Below are positions 44,389 to 53,778 of a stretch of DNA of 64,000 bases, piece by piece. Origin of the DNA: a virus; the IMG/VR virus record IMGVR_UViG_3300017650_000001, positions 39,621 to 103,620 of that record; one strand, given 5' to 3'. Below the pieces are notes generated by a model, which worked only from the letters and a program-made list of their open reading frames with translations, was not told where the DNA came from and made no database searches. Position numbers and translations under genes: made by a program. How positions within the stretch are numbered: the stretch's first letter is position 1; the number at the start of each line of letters is the position of its first letter.

Positions 44389-44516
44389 GAATTAGTACCT
44401 TGCGCTGCTTCACAGGAGCAACCCTGATTCACGTCACGCTCCATTCCACCGCTATGATCACTCGCTTGTGGTCTAGAACGCCAACCTATCCCATAGGACC
44501 CGGCAGGCAAGGATAA

Positions 44517-44592
44517 TGGTGCGTCTTGGCTGAGTCGAACAGCCGACCTCTTGCGTGTCATGCAAGCGTTCGTTCCGCTGAACTAAAGACGC
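44517..44592 (-). tRNA. trnV: tRNA-Val(GAC)
   Basis: CTTGC-ATGACAC-GCAAG; CCA. Confidence 0.88.
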
Positions 44593-44597
44593 GTAAA

Positions 44598-44673
44598 TGG
44601 TGCTCCTTCCGTGAATCGAACACGGTCAATCGAGGTGTGTAAAACCACTGCCTTCCCATCTGGCGCAAGGAGC
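44598..44673 (-). tRNA. trnV: tRNA-Val(TAC)
   Basis: Loop TTTACAC; CCA. Confidence 0.82.
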
Positions 44674-44684
44674 AAAACTTAGGA

Positions 44685-44865
44685 TTAGCAGCCCTACCGT
44701 TGCTTTCGCATATTGGAGGGAATCGAACCCTCACTTCGGAGTTATCCGCGTTCTCCCATTGAACTACAATACCGGTAGAAGCGTCTACTGAACTCAGTGT
44801 ATATGCGCTATGTAAGGCCTTACATAGCAATACAGGGACCGAGACTTCGACTAACGGACTGCTAA
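44685..44865 (-). ncRNA. Structured RNA with an embedded anticodon-less tRNA module
   Basis: TTAGCAG/CTGCTAA terminal stem; internal D arm GTTC-AATGGGA-GAAC, CGGA-TAAC-TCCG, T arm GAGGG-TTCGATT-CCCTC; no CCA. Confidence 0.6.
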
Positions 44866-44867
44866 CT

Positions 44868-44952
44868 TGGTGTCGACGCGGGGATTTGAACCCCGAAAGC
44901 TACCGATTTTAAGCCGGCATCGTGTGCCTATTCCGAATTAAGCCACGTCGAC
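44868..44952 (-). tRNA. trnL: tRNA-Leu(TAA), short variable loop, long connector
   Basis: CCGG-CTTAAAA-TCGG; A73; CCA. Confidence 0.8.
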
Positions 44953-44957
44953 AAAAT

Positions 44958-45033
44958 TGGTACGCGTCCGGGGACTTGAACCCCGACTGTGCTCCTTTTG
45001 AGAGAGTTGCCTCTACCGTTGGGCTAGACGCGC
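44958..45033 (-). tRNA. trnL: tRNA-Leu(CAA), short variable loop
   Basis: Loop CTCAAAA; CCA. Confidence 0.85.
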
Positions 45034-45039
45034 ATAAGA

Positions 45040-45124
45040 TGGTACGGTCGGGGAGACTCGAACTCCCAAAACCACGGAGTCTAAATCCGCAAGCTGTGCC
45101 AATTCGCTACAAGGTCACGACCGC
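45040..45124 (-). tRNA. trnL: tRNA-Leu(TAG), short variable loop, long connector
   Basis: GCGGA-TTTAGAC-TCCGT; CCA. Confidence 0.8.
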
Positions 45125-45129
45125 ATAAA

Positions 45130-45203
45130 TGGTGCTCTCTACTGGTTACGATCCAGTGTCTACGCTTTACCAAAGCGCTATTCTGCCATTGAACTAAGAG
45201 AGC
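45130..45203 (-). tRNA. trnT: tRNA-Thr(GGT)
   Basis: GCGCT-TTGGTAA-AGCGT; CCA. Confidence 0.88.
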
Positions 45204-45208
45204 GTCAA

Positions 45209-45283
45209 TGGTGCTCCATGGAAGAATCGAACTCCCGAACCCGGGTTACAAATCCGGACCTTTGCCACTAAGGATAATGGAGC
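45209..45283 (-). tRNA. trnT: tRNA-Thr(TGT)
   Basis: Loop TTTGTAA; CCA. Confidence 0.82.
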
Positions 45284-45396
45284 ATTAAAGGCTTTCCCCT
45301 TGTGAGAATTGAACTCACATTCCGCTGAAACTAGCTAAGAATCGCGTGTGGTCGCTATCCACCAAATCCACCAGGAGGGGCTTAACTTGTTCTTTG

Positions 45397-45468
45397 TGCT
45401 GCTTCGGTGAATCGAACACCGGACATCCTCTTTACGAAAGAGGCGGTCTGCCACTGACCTAAAGCAGC
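45397..45468 (-). tRNA. trnT: tRNA-Thr(CGT), CCA not encoded
   Basis: CCTCT-TTCGTAA-AGAGG; acceptor extended by flanking TTGTTCTTTG/CAAAGAACAA. Confidence 0.85.
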
Positions 45469-45936
45469 GCAAAGAACAACTTTTCAGTCTACGCGAAACC
45501 AGTATCACCGGCATGAGCCGCGTGTCCTACGCGCTAGACCTAGCTTCCGGTGCTTACGCAGACAGAAGCAGATTATTCTGTTTAGGCAGATTCTGGAGAG
45601 TGTCCGGCGAACCGGGTCTTTGCTCTCTGCCTTTCGGCAGAGGTTAGACCACTGCCGCTTTAGTCTTTGGAGCTATTCCCGCGTGGGGCGAGAATAAATG
45701 TATCTTGTGTTCCATATACAGCCGTCCACGAGCACAGCCGCTTTGGCTGTTCGGGCAAGCTTGTCATGGTCACTAACAGATGCATTTCTATCTCCGTTGA
45801 AAGCAAGCATTGCTTCCAATGTCTGCTTTATGGACGGTTCATACGCGAACCGCAAGTATAAAAATTGTAGAAATGGGTAGGAAGGGTTGTTTTCTATCCC
45901 TTCCTACTTGATTTCATTTGCAAAGAAAAATTTTGA

Positions 45937-46389
45937 TTACCGACGGATTCGTGGGTTTACAATTCGATATCCACGGATAGATCTCGGATGGATGCGAGTC
46001 TTATGACCTCCTGAATTAGCATCATACACCATCCAGATATCGCCACGGATATGGTGAAGTAAGCCAAAAACATGGCCATGACGCCATGCTGCCATCCCTG
46101 GCGCTGCAATAGCTGATACGAAACGACGTCCCCATTCTGATGATAGATACAATGCGCGAATAGGTTTGCCAAAGAAATGCACGCTCAATCCGCATCCACA
46201 AAAATTGCGACGCGGACAACCTGCGGGATGGCTGACATACCGCGTGTATCCGCGATTAGATGGCTGAGGAGCAGGCTGGAAAAAGTTGAAAGCTAGTTGC
46301 GGGGGAGTGTTTGTTTGTGGGCGATATCGACGAGCTTCAGCGGTAGAGCAAGTCAGTATTGTAGCTAATACAATTAGAAACAATCTCAT
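45937..46389 (-). CDS. Exported CHAP/NlpC-like protein
   Basis: Signal peptide; FCGC...W...PGMAAWRHGHV...YDANSG Cys/His pattern. Confidence 0.6.
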   Translation of the reverse strand: MRLFLIVLATILTCSTAEARRYRPQTNTPPQLAFNFFQPAPQPSNRGYTRYVSHPAGCPRRNFCGCGLSVHFFGKPIRALYLSSEWGRRFVSAIAAPGMAAWRHGHVFGLLHHIRGDIWMVYDANSGGHKTRIHPRSIRGYRIVNPRIRR

Positions 46390-46433
46390 TTCTTGTTGGT
46401 ACCTCTCTGTTTACACGTCAAGCTACATACAAG

Positions 46434-46724
46434 TCACTGTTTTCGTGATTCCATGTAGAACTTGATACGCTCTTGGCCTTTTGCCAATTCTCTTATCTCA
46501 CGGTGCATTTCTTGCATAGTAGCAGAGATCGCATTGAGTTCAATAACCAGCCATGGTGATTCTACCTGAATTGGAACAGGTGGTGGTTGATGACTCTCTT
46601 CCTTGCGATCGCGCAAACCCTTGATAATGATAGGCATCGCCAACAAGAAGATGATTAGCGAGGCGACACCTTGCAGGGGGGCTTTGGTAAGAGCTTCAAT
46701 TATCGCAGAAGCTATTTCGACCAC
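46434..46724 (-). CDS. Membrane protein with C-terminal coiled coil (lysis region)
   Basis: One TM helix plus coiled coil. Confidence 0.6.
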   Translation of the reverse strand: MVEIASAIIEALTKAPLQGVASLIIFLLAMPIIIKGLRDRKEESHQPPPVPIQVESPWLVIELNAISATMQEMHREIRELAKGQERIKFYMESRKQ

Positions 46725-47194
46725 TTTCTCTTACCTGCGGTTGCTAGGGCTCGGTATATTGATAACAACTCAAACAAGGCAAAAATTATGAATACCGGAA
46801 TCCCAATGGACGGAGCTTGTCCATTTAGTAAGTTGCCTTGATAAAGATCTGCGGCCATGTTGGCAAAGATCAAAGCACCTACAAAAGCACCCGCAACACG
46901 CAGATAAGGTCCGTATTTAGGCCAAGCTCCGTTCGCTATCAAAGCAGCAAACCGCAACATACCAATAGCTCCAAAGAAGGAACTAATGAGACTCGCTTGG
47001 ACATAAACAGAAAGACCTCGAAAGGAACTGTTTGAAACTGATTCAGGCCATATTGACAGATGGATTGACCATCCTATCAATACGAAAGACATCAACAATT
47101 CAACTTGTCTGCCTTCGAAGTGTCGGAGGAGCGCAAGCAAACGCGGTGTATGCCGCGTTTGCTCAACATGGATCCTTTTTGATACCGACGCCAT
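46712..47194 (-). CDS. Multi-pass membrane protein (holin-like candidate)
   Basis: About four TM helices. Confidence 0.6.
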   Translation of the reverse strand: MASVSKRIHVEQTRHTPRLLALLRHFEGRQVELLMSFVLIGWSIHLSIWPESVSNSSFRGLSVYVQASLISSFFGAIGMLRFAALIANGAWPKYGPYLRVAGAFVGALIFANMAADLYQGNLLNGQAPSIGIPVFIIFALFELLSIYRALATAGKRKWSK

Positions 47195-47202
47195 CGCGTA
47201 GA

Positions 47203-47493
47203 TCAGATACCAGCGTCGGTGTCTTTTGCTGCTTCATCAAAAGCAGCATCGACTTGAGCGTCCAGCGCTTTCAACTGAGCAAGTTGCTCCGCAGTCGTAG
47301 CTGGATTCGCAGACAACGCTGCGATGATATTCTTGATCGCAGGCGTAACCAGCTGAACCTCATCCACAATAAGCGGGACAAGATTCTTCAAAGCATTGAT
47401 GATCGACTGAATTGTTGATACAGTCGATGACGATCCAAGAAGCGGCAAAAACTGGCTAATCATAGCCAGCACAGACTGGATAACAAGGGTCAT
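47203..47493 (-). CDS. Hypothetical helical protein
   Basis: Operon packing. Confidence 0.65.
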   Translation of the reverse strand: MTLVIQSVLAMISQFLPLLGSSSTVSTIQSIINALKNLVPLIVDEVQLVTPAIKNIIAALSANPATTAEQLAQLKALDAQVDAAFDEAAKDTDAGI

Positions 47494-47497
47494 TTAT

Positions 47498-47890
47498 TTA
47501 CTTCCCTGTGGTTGGGGTGCTGGTCTGTAGAGCAGAAACTGCCGCTACAAGAACGTTGTAAACACCAGATGGTCCAGCCCCACCCTTTTCAACATAAGTC
47601 TCGAGCTCATCACGAGCAGCACGACCTGAGCGAACAAGAGCAACAACCTTCTGACGAGTTGTCAGCGCACAGGCTGCAACTTGTACATTGATCTTACAGT
47701 AGTTGAGATACTGTGTTGCAGTCGCTTGTGCAGCATTGAAGGCATTAGCCGCAACGATGATCTGCGTCGGCGATACCGATGCTGATGTTGCGACCTGCCA
47801 TGCGTTCTCAACACGCTGGCTGAAGTCTTGAAGTTGCGCGCAACCACCAAGGCTGATTGCAAGGATAACAGCTACAAAAAGTTTCTTCAC
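47498..47890 (-). CDS. Lipoprotein (spanin-like candidate)
   Basis: MKK-hydrophobic-LGGC lipobox. Confidence 0.7.
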   Translation of the reverse strand: MKKLFVAVILAISLGGCAQLQDFSQRVENAWQVATSASVSPTQIIVAANAFNAAQATATQYLNYCKINVQVAACALTTRQKVVALVRSGRAARDELETYVEKGGAGPSGVYNVLVAAVSALQTSTPTTGK

Positions 47891-47893
47891 AGG

Positions 47894-48238
47894 TTAACTC
47901 CCTTGTGCAATTTGTGTGACAGTTTCAACATCATCAGGCTGCGGTCCGATCTTGTCTTGCTTAGGATCAACAGCAATCTGTGCCAAGGTCTTGTTGGCTT
48001 GAGAGTTGACATCAATTTTTTGAACACCCGGCATTGCTAGGACATTCTTGACAGTAGCACCTTGGCTGGTAATAACCGCAAGCGCAGCTGACAGAATTGT
48101 GTTCAACAATCCAGCCGCAGGCACAACGACCTTAGCGACTTCAGTTCCAAAGATATCGGTGAGAGACGACGTTGAGACCGCGAGGACGGACAACACCGCA
48201 ATGACAATTGCGATGAACTGCTTTAGGTTCACAGTCAT
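47894..48238 (-). CDS. Two-TM holin-like protein
   Basis: Two TM helices; start chosen at MTVNLK. Confidence 0.55.
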   Translation of the reverse strand: MTVNLKQFIAIVIAVLSVLAVSTSSLTDIFGTEVAKVVVPAAGLLNTILSAALAVITSQGATVKNVLAMPGVQKIDVNSQANKTLAQIAVDPKQDKIGPQPDDVETVTQIAQGS

Positions 48239-48321
48239 TGTGCGAGCACCCCCATTGGGTTCCAAAGTAAAGTGTTGTACTTATAGAATAGATGTCTATT
48301 TGATGCGCGCTGCTTTGACGT

Positions 48322-51300
48322 TTAGTTTAATGAAAACGGCTTGCGCGTATCACCATGCTTCAGCCAATGCTTGAATGTGCTGATTGTAGTCGGAACGATT
48401 GATCCAATACGCTCTAGTCCACGACCGTCTGAAAACCCTGATTCATAGGTTTTCAGAGCGTGTTCAAGGTTACGCATCCCAAAACAGCACTTATGTTCAT
48501 CGAACTTTTTGGTGTCAGCATCAACTTGGTTGATGACAAACACATGCTTGGAATGCATATGCGGTCCCATATAGACATCTACATGATCGCCATCTGCGCC
48601 TTCCGTGCGTTTGATATACCCGTAGTGCGCGGGCATCTTTACACTCCAACGTTTGCCATCTTTACCGGTACCTGAACGCTCTTTGCCACGAGCGTTCTCG
48701 ATAGTGAAGTCAAGACCATGCGCGCGTATGTGTTCTTTAGCGTAGTTCCCAGCGTGTTTTTGTGCCTCGCTGGGTGAGTGGTTAATATTCGAAAGCACAA
48801 CCCGGCCACCAGCCGCACGTTCTGGTACGTTTATTTCACTTTCATCTTTCTGATGCTGTACTGGCCGGCTAACATCTTTTCTTTGATCGTTGGCATTTAC
48901 TGCAGAAATAGGTGAAGTCTCTGAAAACAGCGGCTGCCCTTTAGTCAGGACATCGTGCTTCATTTTTTCAGGGATGTCAAAGTAGTAAACAGGCTCTTGT
49001 TTTGGAAGCCTTTTTAGTTGCCCTCCAAGAGTTTCAGCCAAGATTTTATTTAGATTCAAATCCGCAGCTTCTTGAAATGACTTTCCGTTTTCCATAGCCT
49101 TGATTACAGAACGTAGCGACTGTTTAGTATAAACAGACATATCACGGCTTGCTGTAGGATCATTAGCTAGATTCACAAGATCTTGTCTAGTATGCTCAGG
49201 GCCTACATAATGCTCTTCTTTTGCACCTCCCGTAGAACCTTTCTTCACCTTTACGCCATATTGCTTACCCAGTTTCTCGACCATCTTGGGCAGCATCTTA
49301 TCGTAGAACCCTCTCATACCCTCGCCGCCAACTTTAAGGTCAAGGCCTCGAAAATGTGTTTCGTCCTTTGCACCTAATCCTTTATCAGCAATTTCTTTAC
49401 CTACAACATCAGCAATGTTTTTACCTTCGATATCACCAAAGCGTCCGTTAGCTGAAATGATTTTCCCACTAGGATCAGTTTTGATTGATCCTATACCATG
49501 TCCACTAGTTGTACGCGGCCACCAGAAAAAATTTCCTTCTTCTGGTACAACTCCGATTTCACTGTAGTGATTACTTAGATTGTATCTAGCAGCTTGTGCC
49601 TCGCCAGGGGTCCATGAAACCCGGTCCTTGCCCTCTTCCGCTGCCATGCGGATCATGCGCTTGAGCGCAAGTTCAGGCCATGCTGTTTTGAAAGGAGCGT
49701 CGGGAATAGTAGACGGATTTATAAGGCCTAGTTCGCGGCTTAGCGTATTTTCTCTATCGAGAAGTTTTTGTAATTCAGGAGATGGTCCAAAATCGGGACT
49801 CCCGTATTTGCCAACAGCATGTTTGCCTTGCTTAATCAAGTCATCTTTTGCTTTGTTTACCTCATTAAATTCTTTGATTGCTGCTTCTCGTTTAGCGCCA
49901 GAAAGTTTATACCCTTGTTTTCGACCCTGCTGATGCCAGTCGCTCTGGATTTCTTCCAGATGCAGCGACGGGACACCGCCAACATCACGTTCATTAGTAC
50001 GCACGTGAGCTAGTACGTTAGGCTCTTCCCAATGGCGCGAAAAATAGCTCAACCGAGCATCCTCTGGTGTTTTAGGGACTTCCCCTCCAAAAACACCTTT
50101 TGTAGTTTCTCCACGTTGTGGCAGCGTCAACAAATGTTCGCGGTAGTTCTCACCACCAGGCAACTGCCAATCATTGTATCGAGGAGATTGGGTTGCTCTT
50201 TCAAAATTGATGAAATCTTCCGGATTACTACGCATATCGCGTTTCACACGGCCTAATATCTTTTCCATTTCAGCAGGATTGGGCATCCTGCCTTTATCTT
50301 CGTAAAAAACGTCAACATAGCGCTCTGCATAATCTGGAGCGTACTCATCAATTAACTTGTTGATATCAGGCTTGCCTTTTGTAACGTCCTTTAACTCAAC
50401 CTTATTTTGGTTGAGGTGATCTTGGACTTGCTCTTTGGTTACAGGGCCTTTTTGATCACGGAGCCAGCTATCGACGCCAGTCCACTCCAACTCATCAGGC
50501 TTTACACCTGGCTGATTCTTAAGCCAGTTAGCCCATTGCTCACCTTGCATCTTGGGTTGTGGAGCATTCTGTACAGAACGCTCTACCGCTGAATAGAATG
50601 GTTCAGCACGAGCTAATCCCGCAACAGCAGCACCGGGTTGAGACGTGTCACTCATCAATAGATTGTCAGTTGTCAAAGCTCCTTGACGTGCTGTGGCAGG
50701 ATCAACTAATCCCTGCTCAACAGCGTAATCCAATGCAGCTTCGCGATTCAAGAACTGACCTTTGTGATTCATGAACCCGAAGTCAAAGTTGCTGATATCA
50801 TCGCCATTTAGCGCTTGGCGCATGTATGTATTGCGGACCTCAGGGGGAAGTGCGTCAAGATGCTGACCACCCGTAGGCGCTTTGTAAACCTTGCCTTCAT
50901 ACTTCAAAGCAGGTCGTAGAAAAGGCGCTGATCCGAGCGTCATATCTGCGGCTGAACCTCCGACCCCACCCAAGCCACCAGAGCCTGCGAGCCCAGCCAT
51001 GTCTTGCGCTCGCTCGACCATTTCAGGGTTGGTATGATAATCTCCAGTCTTGGGATCGATTGACCACTGCGGGACTTCGCCCGTCATAGCATCATGAGCA
51101 AGGGAGGCTCCTGATCGAACTACTTTTTCAGGCCAAGTCTGGTATCGTGGATGGGCATTTCCCTCTTTGTCTTTCCATTCACCAGTCAGAGCGTTAACAG
51201 TTTCAGAACCTTCAGGCTTTGTGAAGTAGTCGTGGACTCCGCTCGCGATAGCACTAGGAGCATTCATGATGCTCTGTGTTATTTCACGATCGTAATTTGT

Positions 51301-53778
51301 GAAGCGTTTAGCTGCATCGCCTACTTTCGAAAGAAAAGATCGCCCGTCATCAGGGGGATCCGCAGCTTGCTGAGCAGCTAGGTTTGCTCGCGCTTCAGCT
51401 TCTTTCCAATCGGGTTCTGGATTGTTCGCAAGCGATCGATGAGAGACATTGTCGATCATATCATCAGGAGATGGGTCATCAATGGACGTGCCACGAAACC
51501 TCTCATCAAAAGTAGGGACACCACCATCTGCAAACTTGCTAACGAAACGATCAGGACCCGCAGTCAAACTATCTGAAAAACCATCGACGTCAATATGGTC
51601 TGATCCTCCTGGATCCGTGCTAATGCCTCCACCACGAGCGCGTCCCTCTGCTTCACTTGTCCCCGGTCCCTGCGGACCGCTTTGTGCTAGAACACGCGCT
51701 ACAGCAGAACCCTCAAGCCCTATCGCTTGTAAGCCATTCGCCAGTCGTCCTGCCGTGTAAGCAACGCGTCGCGTATTGGCAAGTGAAGCTTGACGAGCAC
51801 TGGAACGAACAGCTTGTTGCCAAGCTTGAAACTGACGTGCAATAATGGGCAGTTGACGTGTCGCTTGCGCTAGATTTCGTGCATTTTCACGATTACGCAT
51901 CACACCCGCAAGGCGTTCACCGGCAGCGTAACCCGCAAGGCCGCCCACCATAGGTGAGATATGATGACCAATCAAAGCACCGATAGCGCCAACAATACGG
52001 TCACCAACCTGCTTTACAAAAGGAGCGGTCGCAGCACCTGTATTTGACCAGTTTGCTCCTTGCAATGGGATAGCCATCTGACGATGTAGATTAGCATATT
52101 CTTGCAACAAGTTTCGTTCAGAAGCTGTAAACATAGCCGCAGCCATATCACTTCCAGAACCATTCAAGAATTTGTTAAGGCGCGTTGCAACAGTACCCGG
52201 ACCCGCAGCAATGCCTTCCTCAACTTCATTGATGAGGCGGCGTAGCATTCCCTGCTTGATGCCTGCCCATTCAGGAGAGTCGGGACCAAGAATACTACGG
52301 ATGCGTCGTACCATCCCAATATTTGTTGAATTGGGGGACGTTCCGGATGCACTATACATCCAATTTGCAACGTCGTTCAAAGATGCTGGATCGCGACCGC
52401 GTGCAGGATCACCAATGATATTTTGGAGCTTACGACCAATAGCGTCGTTGCCCCAAAGTTTCATTCTCGCAGCGTGTGCAGCACGCGCGTCGTTAAATAG
52501 ATCAACAGCACGAGGATCACCTCGGAAAGCTCCACTATTAACAGCATGAGCAATCATGTCATCAAATTCATTGATAACAGCACTCGCTGCTCGTGCATCA
52601 GACGGATTTGTGCCATAAGCAGCAAGCGCATCACCGCGCATCCGAGATAGATTCTTACGCCACTGCTCAACACCCTCAAGATTGACACCTACAATGGGTG
52701 CGGGTCCCGGAGCGGCCAGACCTCTACTTTGAGGCTGGGCTTTATTTAGGATATTCAGCTGACCAATCTGATTATCAAGATAGTCCATCATGCGCGATGC
52801 GACAGGTGTATTGTTATCGATGATAACAGCATCCGGTCTGTTGCTTAGACTGGTCTTGATAGCTTGTGGCATTCCAGTGAACGTATCCGCAGCAATTTCA
52901 CCAGGAAGTGCTTTTGCTTGATCGTAAAGCGATTTAACACCCGCTTTAGATCGTGCTGATTCTCTCTGTAAGGTTGTCTGTGCTAGTTCAGCAGCTTCTG
53001 CAGGCGTTTCAGCAAGAACTTGATTTCCATAAGGGTCAAGTTCTCGGGAAACAACATTGCGGGACTCAGCGACTTGCGGAGGACGTTCAACATTGAAGAA
53101 TTCAGTTGCGTGCTCTTGTGCAGGACGTCCTGACTGTCCGCGAAGAGCGGCCTGTTCAAACTGACGTGCACCAAGATCGCCTGTACGTTCAGCTTCAGAA
53201 AGAGTCACACCGAAAGGAGCAGTAGCAGGTGTTGGTGCTGGAGCAGCCGTTGGAACTCTGCGATTGGCAGGAATCGCAGACATTGCAAGATCGACATCTT
53301 TCTTGGACTGTTCGTAAAGTTGCTCATTAGTTGGTAGAGGCGTTTCACGCTTCTTACCAGTCAAATACTCCATTGCGGGAGTAACAACATTCTCCCCAAC
53401 AGCTTGTTCAAGATCAGCCATTGGGTGTCCGATAAGTGACCGTGCAGTTCCTGTAACAGGAGAGAAGGGAACGCGTAGCGCATTTCCCATACCTTTGGTT
53501 GTTTCCCAAAGATTCTTTACAGCGCCTGTCACTCCCGGTTCTGGAGGTGTGGTTAGGTTTTCCTTAGCTGATGACCAAGCGTCCGTAGCCTCTTTGGCGA
53601 TTTCAGGGCCAATATCCGTAAACGGATCAGTCAAGCGATCATACCAACCGCGCTGCTTCGGTGCAGAAGCATCTTCGAAGGGCTTGTTCGGATCGAACTC
53701 TGGTACTGCAGAAGAAGATGCAGGAGCAGAGACGTCTTCAAATGGCTTGTTTGGGTCGAATTCAGGAGTATCAGCCAT
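48322..53778 (-). CDS. Large multidomain internal virion/ejection protein (polyvalent-protein domains, C-terminal inorganic pyrophosphatase-like domain)
   Basis: 1818 aa; FYSAVE..GVKPDELEW, LPGGENYRE, LEEIQSDWHQ segment; C-terminal HYGYIKRTEGADGDHVDVY..FDEHK. Confidence 0.75.
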   Translation of the reverse strand: MADTPEFDPNKPFEDVSAPASSSAVPEFDPNKPFEDASAPKQRGWYDRLTDPFTDIGPEIAKEATDAWSSAKENLTTPPEPGVTGAVKNLWETTKGMGNALRVPFSPVTGTARSLIGHPMADLEQAVGENVVTPAMEYLTGKKRETPLPTNEQLYEQSKKDVDLAMSAIPANRRVPTAAPAPTPATAPFGVTLSEAERTGDLGARQFEQAALRGQSGRPAQEHATEFFNVERPPQVAESRNVVSRELDPYGNQVLAETPAEAAELAQTTLQRESARSKAGVKSLYDQAKALPGEIAADTFTGMPQAIKTSLSNRPDAVIIDNNTPVASRMMDYLDNQIGQLNILNKAQPQSRGLAAPGPAPIVGVNLEGVEQWRKNLSRMRGDALAAYGTNPSDARAASAVINEFDDMIAHAVNSGAFRGDPRAVDLFNDARAAHAARMKLWGNDAIGRKLQNIIGDPARGRDPASLNDVANWMYSASGTSPNSTNIGMVRRIRSILGPDSPEWAGIKQGMLRRLINEVEEGIAAGPGTVATRLNKFLNGSGSDMAAAMFTASERNLLQEYANLHRQMAIPLQGANWSNTGAATAPFVKQVGDRIVGAIGALIGHHISPMVGGLAGYAAGERLAGVMRNRENARNLAQATRQLPIIARQFQAWQQAVRSSARQASLANTRRVAYTAGRLANGLQAIGLEGSAVARVLAQSGPQGPGTSEAEGRARGGGISTDPGGSDHIDVDGFSDSLTAGPDRFVSKFADGGVPTFDERFRGTSIDDPSPDDMIDNVSHRSLANNPEPDWKEAEARANLAAQQAADPPDDGRSFLSKVGDAAKRFTNYDREITQSIMNAPSAIASGVHDYFTKPEGSETVNALTGEWKDKEGNAHPRYQTWPEKVVRSGASLAHDAMTGEVPQWSIDPKTGDYHTNPEMVERAQDMAGLAGSGGLGGVGGSAADMTLGSAPFLRPALKYEGKVYKAPTGGQHLDALPPEVRNTYMRQALNGDDISNFDFGFMNHKGQFLNREAALDYAVEQGLVDPATARQGALTTDNLLMSDTSQPGAAVAGLARAEPFYSAVERSVQNAPQPKMQGEQWANWLKNQPGVKPDELEWTGVDSWLRDQKGPVTKEQVQDHLNQNKVELKDVTKGKPDINKLIDEYAPDYAERYVDVFYEDKGRMPNPAEMEKILGRVKRDMRSNPEDFINFERATQSPRYNDWQLPGGENYREHLLTLPQRGETTKGVFGGEVPKTPEDARLSYFSRHWEEPNVLAHVRTNERDVGGVPSLHLEEIQSDWHQQGRKQGYKLSGAKREAAIKEFNEVNKAKDDLIKQGKHAVGKYGSPDFGPSPELQKLLDRENTLSRELGLINPSTIPDAPFKTAWPELALKRMIRMAAEEGKDRVSWTPGEAQAARYNLSNHYSEIGVVPEEGNFFWWPRTTSGHGIGSIKTDPSGKIISANGRFGDIEGKNIADVVGKEIADKGLGAKDETHFRGLDLKVGGEGMRGFYDKMLPKMVEKLGKQYGVKVKKGSTGGAKEEHYVGPEHTRQDLVNLANDPTASRDMSVYTKQSLRSVIKAMENGKSFQEAADLNLNKILAETLGGQLKRLPKQEPVYYFDIPEKMKHDVLTKGQPLFSETSPISAVNANDQRKDVSRPVQHQKDESEINVPERAAGGRVVLSNINHSPSEAQKHAGNYAKEHIRAHGLDFTIENARGKERSGTGKDGKRWSVKMPAHYGYIKRTEGADGDHVDVYMGPHMHSKHVFVINQVDADTKKFDEHKCCFGMRNLEHALKTYESGFSDGRGLERIGSIVPTTISTFKHWLKHGDTRKPFSLN

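Noticed and set aside
38925-45128. Short ORFs over RNA genes (e.g. 39063, 39476, 39729, 41377, 41929, 42582, 43502, 44379, 44558, 44922)
   Set aside because: They overlap tRNA/Y-RNA genes, lack RBS and have no protein motifs
45289-45673. tmRNA or RNase P RNA
   Set aside because: No G3-U70 Ala acceptor with CCA, tag frame or P4 consensus could be identified by eye
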